Source of the DNA: Haliotis rufescens
Taxonomy: Eukaryota
Direction: 5' to 3'
Length of the DNA stretch: 64,000 nucleotides
Assembly (NCBI RefSeq): GCF_023055435.1
Contig: NW_025964334.1
Span: 25,668,001 to 25,732,000 of the forward strand
How positions within the stretch are numbered: position 1 is the stretch's first letter; every line of letters begins with the position of its first letter. The translations under genes were made by a program, and so were the position numbers. Positions 53,505 to 64,000 of this stretch are shown here, one piece after another. The notes beneath the pieces are model-generated. The model did not search any database and was not told where the DNA came from. It saw nothing but the letters and a program-made list of their open reading frames with translations.

Positions 53505-53740
53505 AAAATGTTCCGTAAAAGGCAACTATGCTTGTCGCAAGAGGCGTCTAACGGGATTGGGTGGTCAGACTTGCTGACTTGGTCGATGCATGTCATCATG
53601 TCCCAATTGCGTGGATTAATGCTCATGACATCAATCACTGGATTGTCTGGTCCAGACTCAATTATGTACAGACAGCCGTCATAAAGCTGGAATATTGCTG
53701 AGAGCAGCGTTAAACAACCAACAAACAAACAAACAAACAA
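53505..53740 (+). mobile_element. SINE family A, 5'-truncated
   Basis: Family body and (AAAC)n tail. Confidence 0.88.
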
Positions 53741-54555
53741 ATCATATCAACCAGTATCCCATCCTTGATTTTCCCGTGTGTCATATAAGCATTCTATTAT
53801 GATAAACACCCTGGACCCATTCATCCCCATAGATTCATTTCAAATCCAGTTAATGCTGTCAGCCATCCAATCAAAATGCACTGAATTTTCGTGAATGAGA
53901 CAAGCAGTGATATCAACAGTAACTCGACCTGCCTTGTTGCAGGATGCAACTTAGAATGCCTTGTTGTAAAAGGACTTTGCTCTTCTCTCAAAAATCATGA
54001 AAATAACTTTTTTAGGAAAAAATATTCATTTATGTGTTTTGATTCAATTATATATACTACACAAACAAAGCTAAGCAAACACCCAATTCTTTCATATTAT
54101 TATAGTTAACGTGTCAGGGCACATATTATTATAGTTTATCTGTCACGGCACATATTACTGTAGTTAATCTGTCACGCCACATACAGTATTACTGTAGTTA
54201 ATCTGTCATGGCAAAGGTATGGTAATATGAAAGAATTTTGTGTTCTTTAACTTCTTTTGAGTAGTACATATCAAGGGCTTACCTGTACGAGGCATAATTT
54301 TATAGAAATCTACCCCAAATTAGCATTCAGAAGGGGCATTAGATTGTTGTTAATTTATAATACATGGGCGAGAGAAATAGTAATATGAGTCTTGAAGAAG
54401 GTGACGTTACTTTGGAAAAAATGGCGGTGAGTGTGACTTGGGAATACATCATAACAGAATGGAGATCGAGGACGATCCCCCAATTCAGTCTTAGGTGCCC
54501 TAAATGTGTATTGTTTAGTCCGACAGTGTTGAGATGAGTTGGCTGTGGCACATAC

Positions 54556-54691
54556 CCCGGATGTTTTCTTCTGTATGGTGAGCTGACCATCCAGTCTCAC
54601 GGCCTCCTCATGCCCGATGAATCTCTCAAAGTCTCGCTTCTTCAGCTGGAACAACTCCTGTGCGTTGTAGCCGTGCAGGGTCTTGATACAT
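54556..54691 (-). CDS. EPS8: EPS8-family exon, SAM domain core (CIKTLHGYNAQELFQLKKRDFERFIGHEEAVRLDGQLTIQKKTSG)
   Basis: tgtgtctccag acceptor and gtatgt donor. 136 nt, phase 2/0. Aligns to EPS8 LGVLNGAQLFSLNK...EGARVYSQITVQK (recalled). Confidence 0.9.
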
Positions 54692-56732
54692 CTGGAGACA
54701 CAGAAAACATAGGAGCAAAGGTTTTAGATGCTGCACAAAATGTAATGAATCATCCTACCCTTGACCCTGATACATCTGGAGACACAGAAAACATAGGAGC
54801 AAAGGTTTTAGATGCTGCACAAAATGTAATGAATCATCCTACCCTTGACCCCGATACATCTGGAGACACAGAAAACATAGGAGCAATGGTTTTAGATGCT
54901 GCACAAAATGTAATGAATCATCCTACCCTTGACCCCGATACATCTGGAGACACAGAAAACATAGGAGCAATGGTTTTAGATGCTGCACAAAATGTAATGA
55001 ATCATCCTACCCTTGACCCCGATACATCTGGAGACACAGAAAACATAGGAGCAATGGTTTTAGATGCTGCACAAAATGTAATGAATCATCCTACCCCTGA
55101 CCCTGATACATCTGGAGACACAGAAAACATAGGAGCAAAGGTTTTAGATGCTGCACAAAATGTAATGAATCATCCTACCCTTGACCCTGATACATCTGGA
55201 GACACAGAAAACATAGGAGCAATGGTTTTAGATGCTGCACAAAATGTAATGAATCATCCTACCCTTGACCCCGATACATCTGGAGACACAGAAAACATAG
55301 GAGCAATGGTTTTAGATGCTGCACAAAATGTAATGAATCATCCTACCCTTGACCCCGATACATCTGGAGACACAGAAAACATAGGAGCAATGGTTTTAGA
55401 TGCTGCACAAAATGTAATGAATCATCCTACCCTTGACCCCGATACATCTGGAGACACAGAAAACATAGGAGCAAAGGTTTTAGATGCTGCACAAAATGTA
55501 ATGAATCATCCTACCCTTGACCCTGATACTTCTGGAGACACAGAAAACATAGGAGCAATGGTTTTAGATGCTGCACAAAATGTAATGAATCATCCTACCC
55601 TTGACCCCGATACATCTGGAGACACAGAAAACATAGGAGCAATGGTTTTAGATGCTGCACAAAATGTAATGAATCATCCTACCCTTGACCCTGATACATC
55701 TGGAGACACAGAAAACATAGGAGCAATGGTTTTAGATGCTGCACAAAATGTAATGAATCATCCTACCCTTGACCCCGATACATCTGGAGACACAGAAAAC
55801 ATAGGAGCAATGGTTTTAGATACTGCACAAAATGTAATGAATCATCCTACCCTTGACCCTGATACATCTGGAGACACAGAAAACATAGGAGCAATGGTTT
55901 TAGATGCTGCACAAAATGTAATGAATCATCCTACCCTTGACCCCGATACATCTGGAGACACAGAAAACATAGGAGCAATGGTTTTAGATGCTGCACAAAA
56001 TGTAATGAATCATCCTACCCTTGACCCTGATACATCTGGAGACACAGAAAACATAGGAGCAATGGTTTTAGATGCTGCACAAAATGTAATGAATCATCCT
56101 ACCCTTGACCCTGATACATCTGGAGACACAGAAAACATAGGAGCAAAGGTTTTAGATGCTGCACAAAATGTAATGAATCATCCTACCCTTGACCCTGATA
56201 CATCTGGAGACACAGAAAACATAGGAGCAATGGTTTTAGATGCTGCACAAAATGTAATGAATCATCCTACCCTTGACCCTGATACATCTGGAGACACAGA
56301 AAACATAGGAGCAAAGGTTTTAGATGCTGCACAAAATGTAATGAATCATCCTACCCTTGACCCTGATACATCTGGAGACACAGAAAACATAGGAGCAAAG
56401 GTTTTAGATGCTGCACAAAATGTAATGAATCATCCTACCCTTGACCCTGATACATCTGGAGACACAGAAAACATAGGAGCAATGGTTTTAGATGCTGCAC
56501 AAAATGTAATGAATCATCCTACCCTTGACCCTGATACATCTGGAGACACAGAAAACATAGGAGCAAAGGTTTTAGATGCTGCACAAAATGTAATGAATCA
56601 TCCTACCCTTGACCCTGATACATCTGGAGACACAGAAAACATAGGAGCAAAGGTTTTAGATGCTGCACAAAATGTAATGAATCATCCTACCCTTGACCCC
56701 AATACATCTGGAGACACAGAAAACATAGGAGC
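54685..56732 (+). repeat. 84-bp near-perfect tandem repeat, 24 full units plus a partial
   Basis: Acceptor CT at 54692 and 56708, a distance of 24 x 84. Confidence 0.97.
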
Positions 56733-56815
56733 ACCAGAAATGAGCTTCACACATTGTACCCATGTTGAAAATGGAACCCTGGCCTTTGGCGTGACAAGCG
56801 AACACTTTAACCGCT
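56733..56815 (-). mobile_element. SINE family B fragment abutting the 84-bp array
   Basis: accagaaatgagcttcacacattgtacccatg matches family B. Confidence 0.75.
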
Positions 56816-56889
56816 TGACAAGCGCACCTGCCTAATTAGATGATGTACCGTAATTACTTCCTAATAAGATTTAATAAGATTCTTCTTAC

Positions 56890-57082
56890 AAGTCTGAGAA
56901 TCCTTTAGCTTCCAGCCATTCCTTGACCTCATGGGGTGACGAGCTCCGGGTGATGTAGACATTGGCACCTTGAGGGCGGAGTTTGAGAGGGGGCACCTGG
57001 TGCTGCTGTAGGATACCTTTGGAGTTCATCTTCTCCCTCAGCTCATCATGGAGGATGTCCTGGTGGGTCTTATCTCTCGACC
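56890..57082 (-). CDS. EPS8: EPS8-family exon: H1-like helix and start of SAM/PNT-like domain (RSRDKTHQDILHDELREKM...ITRSSSPHEVKEWLEAKGFSD)
   Basis: tctgtcag acceptor and gtaaga donor. 193 nt, phase 1/2. Resembles the EPS8 motif ITYDSTPEDVKTWLQSKGF (recalled). Confidence 0.9.
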
Positions 57083-57429
57083 CTGACAGACAGAATCAAT
57101 ATGTGAGTGAGTTAAGAAATAACGCCACAGTCTGCAGTATTCCAGCCATATGAAGCCAGGTGGAAATGATCAACAAGGCAAACCAGTAATTGATCACATG
57201 GTCAATGATGACACACAATCAGTCCCAGATCCTGACCACCCAATTCTCATTGGTCAGCTCTAAACAAGTATGAGATATGGAGAATCTGTTCCCACCTGGA
57301 ACCCCACGAGAGGCAAGCCACTGAAATGAGTTTCACGTCAATCAACACTGTAACATACAGATTAATGGCCCTGGGACAAGCAAACCAGTGGTTGACAGCA
57401 TGACCATCAACCTACATATTTTAACTGAA

Positions 57430-57562
57430 GTGAGTGAGTATGGTTTTACACCGCTTTTAGCAATATTCCAGCAATATTACGGCAGGGACATTGGACCCAT
57501 GTGGGGAATTGAATCCAGGTATTTAGCGTGACGAGCGAATGATTTAACCACAAGGCTACCAC
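57430..57562 (-). mobile_element. SINE family B, internally deleted
   Basis: Family similarity. Confidence 0.8.
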
Positions 57563-57643
57563 TGTCATTCTAATGTAAATAAAGGATTCCTGTAACACAT
57601 GGTTTGGTCAATTACCAGTCAGCCAGCCCAGTAGCACATCCAG

Positions 57644-58071
57644 TAGGGCTGGGACGAGTCCAAATTTACTACCCGGGTACCCACACCCCTATTACCCAAC
57701 CCTACCCGGGTACCCGCTGTTGGTGTCAAGAGATAGATACAAAATGTCTAATTTGGAATAGTTTGACAGTAGCCTTGGCAAAATGTATTTAGAGACACGT
57801 ATACAACGATGTGGTCATGCATACACTGAAGTTGACTGAAGTTCTAGCTTTGTTCAAATATATATAAGTCAGAAGCAACGTGTTCATAGTCATGAAGAAA
57901 TGCGAACATTAGAGCTTAAAATTGTTGTGTAACCATGTAGTTATATAGTGGATTTTTGTCATGAAACAATATATCACATGACTAACCACGGGTCCGGGTA
58001 GTCCTGTGGGTACCTGGGTCCTACTCAGTACCCACCCGACCCGAGTACCCGCGTTACCCGTCCCAGCCCTC
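57644..58071. mobile_element. hAT MITE
   Basis: TIR agggctgggacg / cgtcccagccct, 8-bp TSD acatccag, subterminal TACCC repeats. Confidence 0.88.
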
Positions 58072-58258
58072 ACATCCAGGGATGTTCGTGGGATTTGATG
58101 CCCCTCCCCACTTCTGGACCCACTACAATTATTCATCACTTTCCACGATTTTTCGATTCACAACTCAATGAACCTCCCAAATACAGAGTTAATCCTTAAT
58201 TATCCTCTTCTTTGTCATATTAAACATATCAATCTTGACATAACGGCTATGTTCTTAC

Positions 58259-58393
58259 TTGGTCGTCCATTTGGCATGGGTGGCTGGAAGGCTGATAACT
58301 CTGCGGGCGAGGCCTGCTGGCGGGCGGAGCGGTCGTGTTGGATGGGGGGCGGCGTGGTGTTGTCCAGGTCGTCGTCATAGTAGTAGTCATCCT
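58259..58393 (-). CDS. EPS8: EPS8-family gene, internal exon (first visible; Pro-rich linker EDDYYYDDDLDNTTPPPIQ...NGRP)
   Basis: Minus-strand ctgttccag acceptor and gtaaga donor. 135 nt, phase 1/1, open and in frame with the next exon. Confidence 0.8.
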
Positions 58394-58926
58394 CTGGAAC
58401 AGGGTTAGTACGGTTAGGGTGTTAGCCAGTTAGCTGCTACCTATTGTTAAGAAGGACACTTCACGTTCCTTGTTGCCAGAACCAACATGGTGGAAGTAAT
58501 TAGTGAGTGAATACAGGCTTGCGGAGACAATGGTCAAGTGTTGGGCTCGTGACATCTTGTTTTGAACCCGGATGACGACTTGTAAACTGTGATTCTGTCT
58601 CAGTGTACACAGATGTACCCTGAATGAGTGAGTGAGTTATTTCAGTGCCAACATAATGTGAGAGGAAAGCCCAGAGTTCTTGAGGAACTTGAATCCTGGG
58701 TAAGTAAATAATCATCCTGGACTTGACGAACTAGGCTGGAATTTCTGGGCTTGATCGTAGCGCCACCAGGGGCTATTGTGGGTTATTTGCCTTCTATGTC
58801 CTTCCTATTGACCAAAAGTCATAAGTTCATTAGTTTCAGTCTTCTGATTTGATTCAAGATATTGAGGACCTGATGACATAAGACTACAAGTTTGAACACA
58901 TTTCTATACTGAACTTGTGTTCAGGA

Positions 58927-59755
58927 TGATGTTTGAAATAATCTCAAAACCCCCAAAGACCCTTAAGTGTTGCCTGCCCATCTTCAAAGTTACTGCCCCC
59001 ATTCAGACATTATATATATTTAAAAAATGACAGACAATTCAATTTTTGATTCAGTTGAAATAATGCAAACAATTACTTGAGAATCTACAAGGGGTTATAA
59101 TAAAACTGAATACGTAAGTAGTCTTAAAATGATCTACCAGACAGTCGGGCAGGTGGAGGAAAATTTCATGCAGCCTGACAGAAAAATTACCAGCCATGGG
59201 CAGACTGGTAGGCGGGGAAAGGGGTAGGTGGGCAGGCGGGCAGGCGGGCAGGTAGGTAGGTGGGCAGGTGGGCAGGTGGGCAGGCGGTCAGGTGGTCAGG
59301 GTGGTCAGGCTGGTAGGTGGGCAGGGGGGCAGGTGGGTAGGTGGGTAGGTGGGCAGGTGGGTAGGTGGGTAGGTGGGCAGGTGGGCAGGTGGGTAGGCAG
59401 GCGGGCAGGCGGGTAGGCTGGCAGGCGGGCAGGTGGGTAGGTGGGCAGGTGGGCAGGTGGGCAGGTGGTCAGGCTGGTAGGTGGGCAGGCGGGCAGGTGG
59501 ACAGGTGGTCAGGTGGGCAGGCGGGCAGGCGGGCAGGTAGGCAGTCGGGCAGGGGGGCAGGCGGGCAGGTAGGCAGGCAGGCAGTCGGGCAGGGGGGCAG
59601 GCGGGCAGGCTGGTAGGTGGGCAGGCGGGCTGGCGGGCAGGCGGGCAGTTGGGCAGGCGGGCAGGCGGGCAGGCTGGTAGGTGGGCAGGCGGGCAGGCTG
59701 GTAGGGGGGCAGGCGGGCAGGCGGGCAGGGGGGCAGGCAGTTATTTCAGACACTG
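58927..59755. mobile_element. hAT-like MITE with an expanded G-rich arm
   Basis: Ends tgatgtttgaaataa / ttatttcagacactg, flanked by gttcagga / gttcagaa (7 of 8). Confidence 0.6.
59212..59740 (+). repeat. G-rich (GGGCAGGY)n repeat
   Basis: Directly visible. Confidence 0.95.
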
Positions 59756-59794
59756 GTTCAGAAGACGGATTTTTATGATTTTTTTGACGTCCTC

Positions 59795-60382
59795 ATGCCA
59801 ACACCACAAGCATCAGCCACAAACACCCAAACCCAACACTACCCGCCAACATTCGCCACACCCAAACCAGTCGCCGCATCCACACCCGCACCTAAACCAA
59901 AACTCACTAAACCTACCATATCTCACCCCAACACCATACAATCTACAGCCACCAGGGCAACAACAACCACACACGAGCAAGCAACACACGAAAAACTAAA
60001 CATTACTAAACCCATTGAAATACCCAGTACACCTACTCCAACACAACCAAACACCCACACAACTCCCATGGATAGTGAGGAAACCAATCTAATTAACCTA
60101 GATGACTCCCAAACCACAACTGATCAAAACATAAATGATAAAACATTTTCAGCCCCCAAAACCCTGAAAAATCGCAAACGCAAACCCCAAACTCAACCTG
60201 AACCCGAAACTTTAACCACCAAACTAAATAGCTTCACACTCCTACTAGTATACATGCTTAAAGAAATCAAACCAGACCTTAAAGCCACTAACCTACACCA
60301 GGTAGCACATAGACTAAATCTAACTACCCAAACCTACCAAGAATTCTACGATAGTTACAACCTAGCAATCGCAGGACTATAA
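59795..60382 (+). CDS. LINE ORF1 C-terminal remnant
   Basis: Open, P/T/K-rich, ends 50 nt before ORF2 and shares its composition. No zinc knuckles visible, consistent with truncation. Confidence 0.65.
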   Translation: MPTPQASATNTQTQHYPPTFATPKPVAASTPAPKPKLTKPTISHPNTIQSTATRATTTTHEQATHEKLNITKPIEIPSTPTPTQPNTHTTPMDSEETNLINLDDSQTTTDQNINDKTFSAPKTLKNRKRKPQTQPEPETLTTKLNSFTLLLVYMLKEIKPDLKATNLHQVAHRLNLTTQTYQEFYDSYNLAIAGL

Positions 60383-60432
60383 ACCAAAAACCAAACCAAA
60401 ATCGTAATCTCCAAACACTAAAAGCCCACATA

Positions 60433-63400
60433 ATGACAGGCCTAAATATCTTTCAGTGGAATGCGGCCGGGCTTAACTCCCACAGCCACGAATTAAAAGC
60501 TAGATTTAAACTAAAACAAGGACCACACATAGCGTGCATCCAGGAAACTAAATTCTCCAATAAATCCAAATTTCACCTACCAAACTACAACATAGTCAGA
60601 CATGATCGACCTAAAACCAAAATAATAAGAGCATCAGGTGGCCTACTAATACTAATTAGAGAAGACATAAGCTACGAGGAAATCAAAATAAACACCCCAA
60701 ACCTAGAAGCCAATGGTATCCAAATCACCCTTAAAAACCAAAAAATAAACATCATAAACATCTACCACTGGCAACAACAGAAAATCCAACCGGAGGATCT
60801 AAACATACTCACAAAGATAGGCAACAAATCTACCATCTTTCTAGGAGACTTCAACGCCCACCACCCTTCCTGGGGCACGGGAGATAAACTAGATAATCAC
60901 GGCAAACTAATATCAGAATGGATAGAAACAAATAATTTAGTACTACTAAATAACAACCAACCTACCAGATACGACAAAAACAATAAAAACATGTCGGCTA
61001 TCGACCTAACCATATGTACAGCAGACTTAGCTCAAAGTACCCAATGGGAAGTTCACGACGCCCCCCTAGGAAGTGATCACTTCCCCATAAACATAACCAT
61101 AGGAAACACTAACGTCCCAAATCAATCCGAAAGTTCAGAACCTAAATTTAACTACAACCAGGCTAACTGGGATAAATTCCAAGACATATGCAACCAAGCT
61201 AACCTAGTAGAACTAGAAAATAGTGACCCAGAAATATATTGCCAAAACCTAACGGACTTCATAATAAACGCAGCCAAAAGCGCAATCCCCTTTAAAAAAC
61301 CCAATAAATCGGGTAGGCCCTCTGTACCCTGGTGGAACGAGGAAATAGAACTAACTAGACAAAAACGTAAAACAGCCTTCAACAAAGCCAAACGCGACCA
61401 TAACCACATACCAGTAGCTCACCAACTAAACCACCAGGTACAAAACCTAGTTAAAATAGCAAAAACTAGAGACTGGAAAAAATTCTGTGAGGGATTAAAC
61501 AACCGTACAGACGCCAGAACGGTCTGGCGTAAAATCCACGCCGTTAGAGGCCTAAAACGTCACCAAAAGACACCTAACATAAATAACTCAACAACCCCTA
61601 GCGAAAAAGCAGACAACCTAGCAAACCACTTTTCGGCCACAAGCAGTAATAACAATTTCAGTGACAAATTCCAACTAAAACTTAAAACAGAAACCAAACC
61701 TAGCCAAGACCCAAATAATGACGCCCTAGAAATAAATCAGCCGTACACAATAGAAGAACTCAATTATGTACTCCAAAATAGGAAAAAGGGAACAGCCCCA
61801 GGACTAGACCTAACCTCCTACCAAATATTAAAAAAACTCCCCCCTAAATTACTCCAGACACTACTCAAACTATATAACCTAATCTACATAAAAGGCCATG
61901 TACCAACCCCCTGGAAAGAGGCGCTAATCATACCTATTCCCAAACCCGGTAAACCAACCAACCAAGCTAACTCTTATAGACCAATCTCTCTTACTTCCAA
62001 CCTTTGCAAAGTAATGGAATCCATGGCCAAAAATAGACTTCAACACTATCTATCTCAAAATAACATAATAAACTCAGATCAAAGCGGTTTCACTCCTGGC
62101 CGCTCCACCCTAGATAACCTCGCTCGTCTCGAACAGGATATTAAAACCGGTCAACTAAACAAACAATACACAACAGGCATCTTTCTGGACTTCTCTAAAG
62201 CCTTTGATATGGTATGGCATAACGGATTAATCCAAAAACTTAAAAAAATAGGACTTAAAGGTCAAATCGTAAACTACATCCAAAGCTTCCTCCAAAACCG
62301 CAAAATTACAGTGGGTATAGACCAGGCCTTGTCAGAGCAGTGTCCCCTGGAAAACGGCACCCCTCAAGGCAGCATTCTTAGCCCCACACTTTTTAACATA
62401 ATGATAAACGACCTATTTGATGGCTTATCCCCCAAAATAAACACCTCAAAATTTGCGGATGACGGAGCCCTATGGATCCGCTCCAAAAGTATCTTAACAT
62501 CTCAGGACTTACTACAAAAATCCCTAAACAAAATACAAAACTGGGCAGACAAATGGGGCTTCTCCCTAAACTCCGAAAAAACGACAGGAATAGTATTCAA
62601 ACACAAAAATATGAGACGGGCCTCCCCTCTCCTCAAACTAAACAATAAACCAATCATATTTCAAAAGCAAACTAAATTCCTAGGTCTAATCTTCGACGAG
62701 CATCTCTCCTGGGATGCTCACGTCCAAAACCTAACCACCAGATGTAGCAAAGATCTAAACACACTAAGATGCCTAACCGGCTCCAACTGGGGAGCCTCTA
62801 AAGATACCCTCCTCAGCCTCTACACATCCCTAATCAGATCTAAACTAGACTACGGCTGTGCCATATACGATACCCTAAACGAAACCCTAACCAAAAAACT
62901 AGATTCAATACAATATCAAGCCCTCAAACTAGTAACACGTACTCAACATGGCACCTCCCTCACATCACTTCAGGCCCTTACAGGAGAAATGCCACTAAAT
63001 TTACGTAGACAACACTTAACACTAAACTTCTGGGCAGCATCTCAATCAAACCTCCTTCTCCAAAACATGCTAAACCAAAACATACGTCCCCAAAACCAGG
63101 CACTAACTAGAAAACACCCTCTACTCACCCCAATATCCCAACGAATAATAAACTACCATAACGAACACCAAATAGGAAACCAACAACAAAACTGCAAACA
63201 ATCAAACGTATTCACCCCAAAACTTAAAATCCCCAAAATAGACACATCCCTAGCCAACACAATAAACAAACAAACCGACCCAAACCTAGCTAAAAGCACA
63301 TCACTAGCTTACATCCATCAAAAATGGCCAAATTGGTGTCACATATACACAGACGGATCCGCTGATCCGATCACAAATCACACAGGTTTCGGAGTCCATA

Positions 63401-64000
63401 TAGCCCAACCAGTCAAAAATACTCAATCCTTCCGACTCCCAAACAACCAATCTATATTCACCGCAGAGCTCATGGGTATCGCCACGGCGCTCCACAGCCA
63501 TCACACCAAAAACCAAAAAAAAAATCTTAATACTCTCAGACTCACTAAGCGGACTTCAGGCCCTCCAAAACAAAAACACCAAAAACCGCCCCAAATTAAT
63601 AAACCAAATTCTCAAAAGCGTAAACAAACTAACAGAGGCAGGCAAAAACATACAACTTATCTGGATACCAGCTCACGTAGGAATTTACGGGAATGAAAAC
63701 GCAGACAGAGCCGCAAAACAATCCCTAAAAATACCAGACATAAGCCTTAAGCTACCAATATCTAAAGCAGAAATCAAAAGTATAAACAAACGTAAAATCA
63801 CCCAAAAATGGCATAACCTCTATCAAAACACAAAAACCCAAATCCTAAAAACCCTCAAAAAACCCCTCACCAAACCAAAAATCCTCCATCCCTCCAAAAA
63901 AATCGATAGAATAATCACCAAACTCCAAACAGGACACACCAAACTAAATAACCACCTTCTAAAACTAAAAAAACACGCAAACGGGAAGTGCCCACACTGC
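60433..64000 (+). CDS. LINE ORF2 (APE endonuclease, reverse transcriptase, RNase H, start of C-terminal Cys motif) with one frameshift at 63515-63524
   Basis: APE motifs QWNAAGL, CIQET, GDFNAHH, SDHFPI. RT motifs PQGSILSP, FADD, KFLG. RNase H motifs IYTDGS, AEL. Removing one A from the A10 run gives ILSDSLS...WIPAHVGIYGNENADRAAK...TGHTKLN...CPHC, open to the window end. Confidence 0.95.

Larger units (their letters stand above)
59790..64000 (+). mobile_element. 5'-truncated I-group (I/Nimb/Loa-like) non-LTR retrotransposon running off the window end
   Basis: ORF1 tail plus ORF2 with APE, RT and RNase H. Strongly A/C-rich sense strand. 5' boundary approximate. Confidence 0.93.

Noticed and set aside
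54275-54300. Minus-strand cag|gtaagc as a recursive splice site or extra exon donor
   Set aside because: Weak pyrimidine tract, short intron and no in-frame exon found.
54610-56835. 741-aa ORF of 28-aa repeats
   Set aside because: Open only because the 84-bp unit lacks a stop in this frame. It starts antisense within an EPS8 exon and ends in a SINE fragment.
59228-59753. Gly/Arg-rich or Pro-rich ORFs as a possible EPS8 Pro-rich exon
   Set aside because: Simple G-rich repeat within a MITE, with no convincing splice sites.

Overview
Eukaryotic, repeat-rich animal DNA. The SINE families resemble those I associate with gastropods such as abalone; this is recognition, not a database result. There are two N-gaps. 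The only supportable host gene is the 3' end of an EPS8-family gene on the minus strand: six GT-AG exons between 58393 and 47243, including a 15-nt microexon, that splice in frame into the C-terminal SAM/effector region. A young, 5'-truncated I-group LINE (APE endonuclease, RT, RNase H) lies antisense in the upstream intron from ~59790 to the window end. The rest is four SINE families, Tc1/mariner- and hAT-type MITEs, fossil mariner and Mutator transposases, a Penelope-like remnant and over 15 tandem arrays. Best leads: (1) an 84-bp array that is 25 tandem copies of an EPS8 3' splice site; (2) the microexon with UGC and TGCATG motifs inside an acidic linker between two similar helices; (3) a SINE family with no tRNA head, a fixed 5' end and a predicted pseudoknot. 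Nearly all ORF-track entries are repeat artefacts.
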